Below are positions 18,237 through 26,487 of a DNA stretch of 57,796 nt, in pieces (position 1 is the stretch's first letter; each line of letters starts with the position of its first letter). Origin of the DNA: Betaproteobacteria bacterium. GTDB lineage: Bacteria; Pseudomonadota; Gammaproteobacteria; Burkholderiales; SG8-39. The DNA lies in assembly GCA_031391655.1 (NCBI GenBank), contig JANMUO010000306.1:1-57796 (forward strand), written 5' to 3'. Under the pieces are notes generated by a model. It did no database searches and was not told the DNA's origin. It saw only the letters and a program-made list of their open reading frames with translations. A program made the position numbers and the translations under genes.

Positions 18237-18890
18237 ATGGCCGCCAGACGCAAGACCGCCCGCCGCGAGGACCTCGGCCTGACCAGGGCCGAGTTCGCCA
18301 TCCTGCGGCGGCTGGACAGCCCGCAGAAAATCCAGCAGTTCCTCTTCGCCCTGCGGCAGAACTTCGAGTCCGGCGGCGACACCTGCCTCCCCGTGCGCCA
18401 GGTGCTGCAGACCCGGCGCGCGCACTGCATCGAGGGCGCGATGCTCGCCGCCGCCGCGCTGTGGGTGCACGGCGAGCCGCCGCTGCTGCTGGACATGCGT
18501 GCAGTGCGGGATTTTGACCACGTGGTGGCCCTGTACCGCCGGCGCGGGCGTTGGGGCGCCATCTCCAAGACCAACGGCATCGGCCTGCGCTGGCGCGACC
18601 CGGTGTACCGCACGCTGCGCGAGCTGGCGATCTCCTATTTCCACGAGTACACCAACCGGCGCGAGCACAAGACCCTGCGGGAATACTCCCTGCCCTTTGA
18701 CCTGCGCCGCATCGACCCTGCCGTCTGGGTGAGCGGCGACAAGAACGCGTGGGCAGTCGCCGAGACGCTGGACGAGCTGCGCCATTTCCCGCTGGTCACG
18801 GGACACCACCTCAAGGCGGTCATGCGGCGCGACCCCTTCGAGCGCAGGGTCGGGGGGCTGCTGCAGTACCGGCGGCCCCGGTTACGCTAA
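18237..18890 (+). CDS. Hypothetical protein, possibly transglutaminase/papain-like cysteine peptidase fold
   Basis: Track ORF 18186..18890 trimmed to the ATG at 18237, so that it does not overlap the divergent arsR start. Candidate catalytic residues are Cys in RRAHCIEGAMLAAAAL and His in DFDHVVALY. The fold assignment is inference only. Confidence 0.55.
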   Translation: MAARRKTARREDLGLTRAEFAILRRLDSPQKIQQFLFALRQNFESGGDTCLPVRQVLQTRRAHCIEGAMLAAAALWVHGEPPLLLDMRAVRDFDHVVALYRRRGRWGAISKTNGIGLRWRDPVYRTLRELAISYFHEYTNRREHKTLREYSLPFDLRRIDPAVWVSGDKNAWAVAETLDELRHFPLVTGHHLKAVMRRDPFERRVGGLLQYRRPRLR

Positions 18891-18930
18891 TTACCGGTTA
18901 CGTCAATTACACTCGGTAACACACGTAACC
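18879..18930. promoter_or_regulatory. Operator-like repeat cluster upstream of the small repeat-protein gene
   Basis: Two adjacent 16-nt direct repeats, CGGTTACGCTAATTAC (18879-18894) and CGGTTACGTCAATTAC (18895-18910), are followed by CGGTAAC (18914-18920) and the inverted copy CGTAACC (18924-18930). The patch is locally AT-rich and lies 70-120 nt upstream of the ATG at 19003. Confidence 0.35.
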
Positions 18931-19002
18931 CCCTCCCCGGACAACCATGGTTGCGTCCCGGCGTTATTGCGATTGCCGGACCCACAACCAAAGGAGTCAG
19001 CC

Positions 19003-19371
19003 ATGACCATGAAGAAGATCTTCCTTGCCGCCCTGACGGGCACCGCGCTCCTCGCCGCCGCGCCGGTTTTCGCGGACAACGGCCGGGGCGGCCGCCAAGA
19101 TTTCCGCGGCGACCATCGCGCCAACCATTTCCAGGGCGACCGGGGCCACCAGTTCCGCGGCGACCATTTCCGGGGTGAACATTTCCGGGGCGGCTATTTC
19201 CAAAGGCAACCGGTGGTCGCCTACCGCCCGGCGTACGGCTATTACAGGCACCGCCCCGTGATCGTGGACCGCCCGGCGTACGGCTACTACGCGCCCAGGC
19301 ATGACCTGCTCGGCGGCCTGATCCTCGGCACGGTAATCGGCGCAGCCATCGTCAACCACAACAGTTACTGA
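19003..19371 (+). CDS. Small secreted His/Arg/Gly-rich repeat protein with C-terminal glycine-zipper segment
   Basis: An AAGGAG RBS sits 7 nt upstream of the ATG. The signal peptide is MTMKKIFLAALTGTALLAAAPVFA. Repeats are DFRGDH / HFQGDRGH / QFRGDH / FRGEH / FRGGY and RPAYGYY x2. The C-terminus is LLGGLILGTVIGAAIV. Confidence 0.7.
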   Translation: MTMKKIFLAALTGTALLAAAPVFADNGRGGRQDFRGDHRANHFQGDRGHQFRGDHFRGEHFRGGYFQRQPVVAYRPAYGYYRHRPVIVDRPAYGYYAPRHDLLGGLILGTVIGAAIVNHNSY

Positions 19372-19396
19372 AACCCCCGCCCAGCGGGGCAGTCCA

Positions 19397-19427
19397 ACGG
19401 CCACCCACCCGGGTGGCCGTTTCCATT
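19397..19427 (+). terminator. Putative rho-independent terminator
   Basis: A 10-bp GC-rich stem, ACGGCCACCC / GGGTGGCCGT, with a 4-nt loop is followed by TTCCATT. It lies 26 nt after the stop at 19371. Confidence 0.5.
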
Positions 19428-19478
19428 GGCGCGTCAGGAATGGCCCCGGCTTTCGACTAAACTGCACAAGGAGGCACC

Positions 19479-20033
19479 ATGGATCGACGCGGACTACTCA
19501 GGGCCCTGTTGGCCGCCCCGCTGGCGGGCGCTTCCTGGCTCGCCCAGGCGCAGACGAAAGGAATGAAGATGGTCGAAGAATTGCAGCAGAACTGGAAAAC
19601 CTACCTCGCGGCAGGGGTGGTGACGCCCTCGGCGGGCGAACCCGTCAAGCTGTCCAAGGACGAGTGGCGCAAGCGCCTTTCGCCGGCCAGCTACAACGTG
19701 CTGCGCGAGGACGGCACCGAGCGCGCCGGCACCAGCCCGCTGGACCGCGAGAAGCGCGCCGGCGTCTTCGCCTGCGCGGGCTGCGACCTGCCGCTGTTCA
19801 CTACGCCGATGAAGTTCGACAGCGGCACGGGCTGGCCGAGCTTCTTCACCACCATCCCGGGCGTATTCACGGAAAAGACCGATTACTACCTGATCTACCC
19901 GCGCACCGAGTACCGCTGCAAGCGCTGCGACGGGCACCACGGGCACGTGTTCAAGGACGGCCCGCAGCCCACGGGACTGCGCTATTGCAACAACGGCGTG
20001 GCGCTGAAATTTATCCCCAAGGACAAAGCTTAG
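19479..20033 (+). CDS. msrB: Peptide-methionine (R)-S-oxide reductase with twin-arginine signal peptide
   Basis: 184 aa with a Tat-like N-terminus MDRRGLLRALLAAPLAGASWLAQA. It has the SelR motifs CAGCDLPLF, GTGWPSF, CKRCDGHHGHVF and RYCNNG. Confidence 0.9.
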   Translation: MDRRGLLRALLAAPLAGASWLAQAQTKGMKMVEELQQNWKTYLAAGVVTPSAGEPVKLSKDEWRKRLSPASYNVLREDGTERAGTSPLDREKRAGVFACAGCDLPLFTTPMKFDSGTGWPSFFTTIPGVFTEKTDYYLIYPRTEYRCKRCDGHHGHVFKDGPQPTGLRYCNNGVALKFIPKDKA

Positions 20034-20836
20034 TTCAGCCGCAGGTCGTCGGCCAGCAGCTTGGCCGGGTAGTGGAACTTGACCGGCCCGTCGGGCTGCA
20101 TGTGCAGGAACTGGTGGATGCGGGGGTCTTTTGACTCGAGCAGCTCATCGGGCGTGCCCTGCCCGATCACCACGCCCTCCGAGATCACGTAGAGCAGGTC
20201 CACGATCTTCAGCGACTCGCTCACGTCGTAGGTGACCACGATCGAAGTGGCGCCGAGCGCGTCGTTCAACCGGCGCACCAGCCCCGCCACCACGTTGAGC
20301 GAGATCGGGTCCAGCCCGGCGAAGGGCTCGTCGTACATCGCCAGCAGCGGGTCCATGGCGATGGCCCGCGCCAGCGCGACGCGCCGCGTCATGCCGCCGG
20401 ACAGGTCGCCGACGCGCAGGCCGTGCGCCCCGCGCAGGCCGACCGCGTGCAGCTTCATCAGCACCAGGCTCTTCACCACTTCTTCAGGCAGGCGCGTGTG
20501 CTCGCGGATCGGGACTGCCACGTTCTCGTACACGCTCAGGTCGGTGAACAATCCGCTGGTCTGGAACATCATGCCCATCTTGCGGCGCATGGCGTAGAGG
20601 CCGGCGGTGTCCAGTTCATGCACCGCCTCGCCATCCACGCGCACCGCGCCGCGCGCCGGGCGCAGCTGCCCGCCGATCAGCTTGAGCAGCGTCGACTTGC
20701 CGCAGCCGCTGGTGCCGAGGATCGCCACCAGCTTGCCACGAGGCACGGTGAGCGAGAGGCCGCGGAATACCGTGTTCGCGCCGTAGGCGAAATGCAGGTC
20801 GCTGACTTCGACGATATTTTCGGCGGTGCCTTTCAT
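20030..20836 (-). CDS. mlaF: MlaF-like ABC transporter ATP-binding protein (phospholipid/toluene-tolerance type)
   Basis: 268 aa with Walker A GTSGCGKST, signature LSGGMTRRVALARA and Walker B LAMYDEPF. The MlaF-type C-terminal extension is DPRIHQFLHMQPDGPVKFHYP. Confidence 0.85.
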   Translation of the reverse strand: MKGTAENIVEVSDLHFAYGANTVFRGLSLTVPRGKLVAILGTSGCGKSTLLKLIGGQLRPARGAVRVDGEAVHELDTAGLYAMRRKMGMMFQTSGLFTDLSVYENVAVPIREHTRLPEEVVKSLVLMKLHAVGLRGAHGLRVGDLSGGMTRRVALARAIAMDPLLAMYDEPFAGLDPISLNVVAGLVRRLNDALGATSIVVTYDVSESLKIVDLLYVISEGVVIGQGTPDELLESKDPRIHQFLHMQPDGPVKFHYPAKLLADDLRLN

Positions 20837-20861
20837 GCGCGGTGATAGTCTAGCCGATCGG

Positions 20862-21845
20862 ATGATCGCGAATGCGCCCTACTCCGGGCTGGACCCGGAC
20901 ACCGTGCTGGATGCCCTGGACAGCGCGGGGCAGCGCGGCGACGGCCGCCTGCTCGCGCTCAACAGCTACGAGAACCGCGTCTACCAGGTGTGGCTGGAGG
21001 ACAACTCCTCGGTGGTGGCGAAGTTCTACCGCCCCGCGCGCTGGAGCGACGCGCAGATTCTCGAAGAGCATGCCTTCGTGCGCGAACTCGAGGAGCGCGA
21101 GATCCCGGCCGTGGCGCCGCTCGCGCTGGAGGGCAGGACGCTGTTCGAGCACGCAGGGTTCCGCTTCGCAGTGTTTCCGCGGCGCGGCGGCCGCACGCCG
21201 GAACTGGACCGCCGCGACACGCTGGAGTGGATCGGGCGCTTCATCGGCCGCATCCATGCCGTCGGTGCCGTGCAGCCGTTCGCCGAACGCCCCGCGCTCG
21301 ACGCGGAGAACTTCGGCCGCGAGCCGCGCGATTGGCTGCTGCAGAACGGCTTCCTGCCGCCTGACCTGCTCGGCGCGTGGACAAGCGCTGTGGAGCAAGC
21401 GCTGCAGGCCGTCGAGCATTGCTATGCGCGCGCAGGCGCCGTGTCCACGCTGAGGCTGCACGGCGACTGCCACGCCGGCAACGTGCTGTGGACCGACCAG
21501 GGACCGCACTTCGTGGACTTCGACGACGCGCGCACCGGCCCCGCAGTGCAGGACCTGTGGATGCTGCTGTCGGGCGACCGCGCCGACATGACGCGCCAGC
21601 TCGGCGACGTGCTCGCCGGCTACGAGCAGTTCCGCGAGTTCGATCCGCGCGAGCTGCACCTCGTGGAGGCGTTGCGCACGCTGCGCCTCATCCACTACTC
21701 GGCGTGGATCGCGCGGCGCTGGGACGACCCTGCGTTTCCCGCGGCCTTCCCGTGGTTCAACACGCAGCGCTACTGGCAGGACCGCATCCTGGAACTGCGC
21801 GAACAGATCGCGCTGATGGACGAGCCGCCGCTGGTCAGGCCCTAG
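20862..21845 (+). CDS. srkA: Stress response serine/threonine kinase SrkA (YihE/RdoA family)
   Basis: Track ORF 20826..21845 trimmed to the ATG at 20862. It has LNSYENRVYQV, the catalytic loop HGDCHAGNVLW and DFDD. Confidence 0.85.
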   Translation: MIANAPYSGLDPDTVLDALDSAGQRGDGRLLALNSYENRVYQVWLEDNSSVVAKFYRPARWSDAQILEEHAFVRELEEREIPAVAPLALEGRTLFEHAGFRFAVFPRRGGRTPELDRRDTLEWIGRFIGRIHAVGAVQPFAERPALDAENFGREPRDWLLQNGFLPPDLLGAWTSAVEQALQAVEHCYARAGAVSTLRLHGDCHAGNVLWTDQGPHFVDFDDARTGPAVQDLWMLLSGDRADMTRQLGDVLAGYEQFREFDPRELHLVEALRTLRLIHYSAWIARRWDDPAFPAAFPWFNTQRYWQDRILELREQIALMDEPPLVRP

Positions 21846-22297
21846 AGGAGCTTGTAGGCCTCCAGCAGCACCTGGCGTGCCTTGCGCTGCGCGCTGGCCA
21901 CCGCAATGGTGCGGTTGAGCCACACCAGGTCGGCAGCGCCGGTCTCGAAGCGCATCACGGTGCGGAAGAAATACTTTTCCGGTGGCACGTCCTCGCCGCG
22001 GCCGAGCGCGGCGAGCACCTCCGGCGGCCCGTGGCGATAGCCCTGGCTCACCACCCGGATGAGCGCTCCGGCGTCCGTGCGCAGCGCATAGCGCGCGTCG
22101 ATGTCCAGCACCCCGTCTGCGCGCAATATCTGCCAGTCGGCGCCGCCGGGGACGATTGCCCCTTTCAGCTGCGGGCCTTCGAAGCTGCCGCCGGTGATGG
22201 CCACCACACGGCGCTCGCCAAGCGGGCCGCCACCCATGGTCATCAGTTCGCCGACGTCGGCGGCGACGTTCATCAGGAATTCGAACCGGGGAGCCAT
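21842..22297 (-). CDS. DUF3237 (UPF0311) family protein
   Basis: Distal 151 aa of track ORF 21842..22465, from the ATG at 22297. The sequence reads MAPRFEFLMNVAADVGELMTMGGGPLGERRVVAITGGSFEGPQLKGAIVPGGADWQILRADG. Confidence 0.65.
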   Translation of the reverse strand: MAPRFEFLMNVAADVGELMTMGGGPLGERRVVAITGGSFEGPQLKGAIVPGGADWQILRADGVLDIDARYALRTDAGALIRVVSQGYRHGPPEVLAALGRGEDVPPEKYFFRTVMRFETGAADLVWLNRTIAVASAQRKARQVLLEAYKLL

Positions 22298-22316
22298 TGC
22301 CAGTATCCTGCCACGC

Positions 22317-23186
22317 ATGCGGCAGCCCGAGGAAGCCCTGGAGGTGAGCGCGCCTCTGGCGCGGCGGCTGGCCCCACAGCTTTGCCGCGTGGATCCCGCG
22401 ACTGGCGAGAACTGCGCCTGGAACCACGGCTTCTGGCAGTACATGCGGCTGCTCGGCCTCGCCATCGCGCCAGAACACCACGCGGCGTTCTACCGCGAGT
22501 CGCTGCGCGGGCTGCTCACCGCCTCCCCCCGCGTGCTGGTATCCGGCACTTCCGACTACGCCATGCTCGCGCTGCTGATCGGCCTCGCCCGCTCGCAAGG
22601 CGGCATGCCCGCCATCACGGTGCTCGACCGCTGCGAGACATCCCTCATGCTGAACCGCTGGTACGCCGAGCGCGTCGGGACAACGATCGCAACCCGCTGC
22701 GCCGACATCCTCGCGCCGGCGAACGATGCGCCCTACGATTTCATCTGCACGCACGGATTCTTCGGCTACTTCGACGCAGCGCAGCGGCGTGCCCTGGTCT
22801 CCCGCTGGCAGGCGCTGTTGCGCCCGGGCGGGCGCGTGATCACGGTCAACCGCCTGCGCACGCCGGCTGCGCCCGAGCGCACCGGCTTCGACGGCCGCCA
22901 GACCGACGCGTTCGCGCTGCGGGCCCGCGCAGCGGCCGAGGCGCTGACCGGTGGCATCGACCTTCCCCCGCCGGTACTGGAGACCGCGGCGCGCGCATAC
23001 GCCGCGCGCCTGGGTGTGTACACGCTGCGCTCGATAGAGGAGCTGCGCCGCCTGTTCGAGGACGCCGGCTTCGTCCTCGACGTCCTGCACTGCGAGCCGA
23101 TCGCCGTGCCCGCGCGCCACCCCGTGGACGCGCCGACGGTGCCGGGCGGCGACGACTACGTGCACGTCGTCGCTACGCGGCGCTGA
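22317..23186 (+). CDS. Class I methyltransferase-fold protein with atypical SAM-loop
   Basis: Distal 289 aa of track ORF 22101..23186. It has post-I-like ITVLDRCETSLML, an acidic loop CADILAPANDAPYDFIC and WQALLRPGGRVIT. Motif I reads VLVSGTSDYA instead of GxGxG. Confidence 0.55.
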   Translation: MRQPEEALEVSAPLARRLAPQLCRVDPATGENCAWNHGFWQYMRLLGLAIAPEHHAAFYRESLRGLLTASPRVLVSGTSDYAMLALLIGLARSQGGMPAITVLDRCETSLMLNRWYAERVGTTIATRCADILAPANDAPYDFICTHGFFGYFDAAQRRALVSRWQALLRPGGRVITVNRLRTPAAPERTGFDGRQTDAFALRARAAAEALTGGIDLPPPVLETAARAYAARLGVYTLRSIEELRRLFEDAGFVLDVLHCEPIAVPARHPVDAPTVPGGDDYVHVVATRR

Positions 23187-24537
23187 GTTCCGAGAGGAAC
23201 TCCTCGTACTTGCCGCCCGCGCTGCGCGGAATCGACTCGCAGTAGGCGAAACGCAACGTCAGGCCCGGGGGCAGCATGGACAGCACGCGTTCGCGGAACG
23301 CGGCCTCTTGCGCCGGCGACAGCGGCACCACGGCCACCAGGCGCGCTTCGACCAGGTCGTGCGCCTTCTGCACGAACTGGTACTGCCGCACGGGAGCCGT
23401 TTCCATCAACGCGCGCGTGCCGAACACGGGCCAGTACTTCTTTCCGTCCGCGGTGACGAGCGTGTTGCGTACGCGTCCAAGGATGCGCCGCAACACCGGC
23501 AACCCCCGCCCGCAGGCGCAGGGTTCGCCGACTTCAGCGTAGTCCCCGATGTCGTAGCGCACGAGCGGCATGGCAAAGCTGTGCAGCGGCGTCACCACCA
23601 CGCGGCCGACCATGCCGGGACTGCAGGGCGCGCCGGACTCGTCCAGCACCTCGAGCAGCACGCCCTCGGACTGCACGTGGTAGTGCTCGCCCGTCGGGCA
23701 CTGCAGTGCGAGGTAGCCGGTCTCGCTGGCCGAGTAGACGTCGGTGACCGGCACGCCCCAGGCTTCGCGCGCGAGGGCGCGCAGCTCGGGCGAAACGGAT
23801 TCCGCGAGCGTGCGCACTTCTCGCAGCCCCTCCAGGCGCAGGCCGCGTGCGAGCGACAGGCGCGCCAGCTCCAGGGCCAGCGACGGATAGGTGAACAGGT
23901 AGGCCGGCTTTTCGCGCAGCAGCCAGTCGACATGGCGCTCGGCGTCGTCGCGGATCGATGCGCCGAGCGAACGCCCGGTCGCGAATAGATTCGCCGTCGC
24001 CGAGCCCCAGTTGGCGACATCGGAGGCTTCCGTCTCGCGGCGAATCACCGCCAGCCTGGCGCTGAGATCGCGGCCGTGCCAGTCGTGGTCGCGCAGGGTG
24101 AATGCATTCCAGTACAGCCCGCCGAGTGGGGTGGCGAGGAAGCGCACCGGGGCGCCGGTGGAGCCGGAGGTGCGTCGTTCCTCCGGCACGCCGTGCGCCT
24201 GGAGCGGATTTGCGCTGCGCAGTCTCTCGTAGCTCGCCTGCAGCTCTCCCCGTTTGAGCAACGGCAGCTTGCGCAACCGCTCGTAAGTCAGCGGGGCCAC
24301 GGGATCGTAGGCATTCGCCCACTGCTCGCGATACCAGGGCACGGTCGCCTGCGCGTGGCGCAACAGCACCTCGAGCTGGCCGAGCTGGAGCGCGAGCAGC
24401 TCCTGCGGCGCAAGCCACTGAGTGCGCTCGAGCTGCCAGAGCACCGCGAGCACCGTCGCACCGCTTGGCGCCGGGATCGCAGGCCACGCCGCGCCGGGAA
24501 CTGCGCCCTGCACGCGCCAGGGAGGGCTGCGCGTCAC
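23173..24537 (-). CDS. PaaK/F390-synthetase-like adenylate-forming ligase (ANL superfamily)
   Basis: Distal 454 aa of track ORF 23173..24951, from a GTG at 24537 (GTGA overlap with the upstream stop). It has the AMP-binding motifs RRTSGSTGAPVRF and DVYSASETG. Confidence 0.75.
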   Translation of the reverse strand: MTRSPPWRVQGAVPGAAWPAIPAPSGATVLAVLWQLERTQWLAPQELLALQLGQLEVLLRHAQATVPWYREQWANAYDPVAPLTYERLRKLPLLKRGELQASYERLRSANPLQAHGVPEERRTSGSTGAPVRFLATPLGGLYWNAFTLRDHDWHGRDLSARLAVIRRETEASDVANWGSATANLFATGRSLGASIRDDAERHVDWLLREKPAYLFTYPSLALELARLSLARGLRLEGLREVRTLAESVSPELRALAREAWGVPVTDVYSASETGYLALQCPTGEHYHVQSEGVLLEVLDESGAPCSPGMVGRVVVTPLHSFAMPLVRYDIGDYAEVGEPCACGRGLPVLRRILGRVRNTLVTADGKKYWPVFGTRALMETAPVRQYQFVQKAHDLVEARLVAVVPLSPAQEAAFRERVLSMLPPGLTLRFAYCESIPRSAGGKYEEFLSELSAA

Positions 24538-25724
24538 GCCGCCCGCCTCGCGATCGCCGCTTCGATGTGGCCGATCATGGTCGCGAGCACCGTCGCGGGG
24601 TCTTGTCGCTCGTAGCGGCGCGCGAACTCGCGCGCTTTCTCCGCGTACGCCGCCTTGCCCGCCAGGTCGCCGAGCGCCCTGGCGTAGTCGGCGTCCGGCA
24701 CCTGCGGATCCGTCCCCAGTCCCGCGCCAAAGCGCACCACGCGACGCATGATGAGGAACTGCTCGAGCTGCGTGGGCAGCAGAAGCAGCGGCTTGGCGCC
24801 GAGCAGCGCCTGCGCCGTCATCTGGTGGCTGGCGTGGCACACCACCACATCGGCCTGCGGCAGCAGCCGCGACACCGACATGGGCTCCCCCGTTACGCGC
24901 ACCGATCCGCCCTCGTGCTTGCGCACGAGCTCGGCATTGGCATTGCGGCACAGCATCAGCGTCGGCGCTTCCAGCCTGCGCAGCGCCCCGAGCAGCGGAT
25001 CGAGCCCGTTGAAATAGTTATAGAGGTAGGCGAACACGCGCGGCCCGCGGCCGGCGGGCCAGTCCGGCACGGCGCTGCCCTCGCCAGACCTGGGCACGCC
25101 GTAGTAGTCGGCCGGCCCCCGCTCGGGATAAATGTCCAGCTCCGGATAGGTGAGCAGCATCGCGCGCCCCGAGAACAGCTCGCCGATGGTGCCGATGCGC
25201 GCGGCGCCGTGCGCGGACAGGACGGCGTTGATCGCCTCCAGCACCGCGCCATCGGCCGCCTCCAGCTCCGCGCGCGGCGCCGGCTCCCAGTGGCGCAGGG
25301 GCGGCGAGGGCATCGTCGGCGGCGGCACGTGGAAACCTTGCGAGATCTCGAAGCTCGGGACGCCGAGCGTGCGCGCCGCAATATGCGCCGCTGGCGACAC
25401 GTTGGCCACCACCGCCTGCGCATCGGCGAGCCGCTCGCGCCACGCGTCAATCAGCTGGCGCAGGCTGTCGTGCAGGTGGTAGCCGAAGTTCTGCAGGATC
25501 TGGCCAAAGTTTAGCGGGTTGGCGTACTTCGCCGGGCCGACCCAGATCGGCGCGGCGGCGCGCGGGATCTCGGCCGCGCCGGCCAGGTCGGCACCGGATT
25601 TCGGTTCGCGCAGCAGGAAGCTGACGTCGTGGCCGCGCGCCTGCATGGCGCGCGCGATGGGCAGCAGCGTGGTGACGTGCCCGGTGTGGCCGCCCAGCTC
25701 CCACGCAAAAACGATCTTTGCCAT
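24534..25724 (-). CDS. GT-B fold glycosyltransferase (GT1/MGT-like)
   Basis: 396 aa. The N-terminus MAKIVFAWELGGHTGHVTTLLPIARAMQARGHDV is typical of GT1/MGT enzymes. The C-terminal donor-binding region VVCHASHQMTAQALLGAKPLLLLPTQLEQF is a divergent version of the HHGGxGT...P...DQ motif. Confidence 0.65.
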   Translation of the reverse strand: MAKIVFAWELGGHTGHVTTLLPIARAMQARGHDVSFLLREPKSGADLAGAAEIPRAAAPIWVGPAKYANPLNFGQILQNFGYHLHDSLRQLIDAWRERLADAQAVVANVSPAAHIAARTLGVPSFEISQGFHVPPPTMPSPPLRHWEPAPRAELEAADGAVLEAINAVLSAHGAARIGTIGELFSGRAMLLTYPELDIYPERGPADYYGVPRSGEGSAVPDWPAGRGPRVFAYLYNYFNGLDPLLGALRRLEAPTLMLCRNANAELVRKHEGGSVRVTGEPMSVSRLLPQADVVVCHASHQMTAQALLGAKPLLLLPTQLEQFLIMRRVVRFGAGLGTDPQVPDADYARALGDLAGKAAYAEKAREFARRYERQDPATVLATMIGHIEAAIARRAA

Positions 25725-25730
25725 GCCCCT

Positions 25731-25761
25731 GAAATAAGAAAGCCCGCGCTGGGCGGGCTTT
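25731..25761 (-). terminator. Rho-independent terminator downstream of the FecR-like gene
   Basis: On the minus strand, AAAGCCCGC-CCAGC-GCGGGCTTT is followed by CTTATTTC. It lies 22 nt after the stop at 25783 and immediately upstream of the glycosyltransferase start. Confidence 0.6.
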
Positions 25762-25782
25762 CATCTTATCCCGGCGGCGGGA

Positions 25783-26487
25783 TCAGATCGCGCAGGAATC
25801 CGCCTGGCCACCGCTGATGCTGGTCGGGTTGGCCGAACCGAAGCTCTGCGGCGGCTTGATGCTGGGAAGATTGGGCGGCGGCGGCACGATCACCGGGGGC
25901 AGGTTCGCGTTGCTGGAGTACGCCGTCTGTCCGGCCGCCGCGAGCAACTCCTGTCCGCCCGAGGTCAACACCACCTGGCCGTCGGCCACCACGACGTATA
26001 CACCGGGCGCGGGGCTGCTGCCGCCCTGTCCCTCCGGCACCTCAATCGCGTTGAAGTCGGTGCCTCGGATGCCCACGGTGGCCGTCGCCGTGCGCAGCTT
26101 GTAGGCATCGCGATTGCCGCGCTTGCCGACCAAGCCGGTCACCGCCCGCATGCCGCCCTTGAGCAGGGCGAACACGAAACTGTCCTTCTGCGGCTCGTTC
26201 TCCGAGAATTCGTACCCCTCGATTCGGATCTGCGTGTTCGGGCGCAGCGTGATCTGCCCGCCGTCGGTGAGCTTGATCTGCGCGTAGCTGTCGCGCTCGG
26301 TGGAAACCACGTCGCCCTGCAGCACCTGCGACTTCTCCGACAGGAGGCGTACCGTGCCGTCGGGACGCTGCACGTGCAGCGTGCCCGACAGGTGCTGCAC
26401 CGAGCCTTGCGACCAGGCGAGCAGCGGTGCCAGGAGCGCCGCCGCGAGCGCGGCCTTGAATGCACTCATCCGCATCAGGCTTTGCAT
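25783..26487 (-). CDS. FecR domain-containing periplasmic protein
   Basis: 234 aa with signal peptide [22 protein letters not shown]. The FecR-type core is [55 protein letters not shown]. The C-terminus is Pro-rich. Alternative ATGs at 26475 and 26469 overlap or abut the upstream stop. Confidence 0.75.
   Translation of the reverse strand: MQSLMRMSAFKAALAAALLAPLLAWSQGSVQHLSGTLHVQRPDGTVRLLSEKSQVLQGDVVSTERDSYAQIKLTDGGQITLRPNTQIRIEGYEFSENEPQKDSFVFALLKGGMRAVTGLVGKRGNRDAYKLRTATATVGIRGTDFNAIEVPEGQGGSSPAPGVYVVVADGQVVLTSGGQELLAAAGQTAYSSNANLPPVIVPPPPNLPSIKPPQSFGSANPTSISGGQADSCAI

Noticed and set aside
20850-23165. 771-aa minus-strand ORF
   Set aside because: It is antisense to srkA and the methyltransferase-fold gene and spans the DUF3237 gene in another frame, with no motifs. 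It is a GC-rich shadow ORF.
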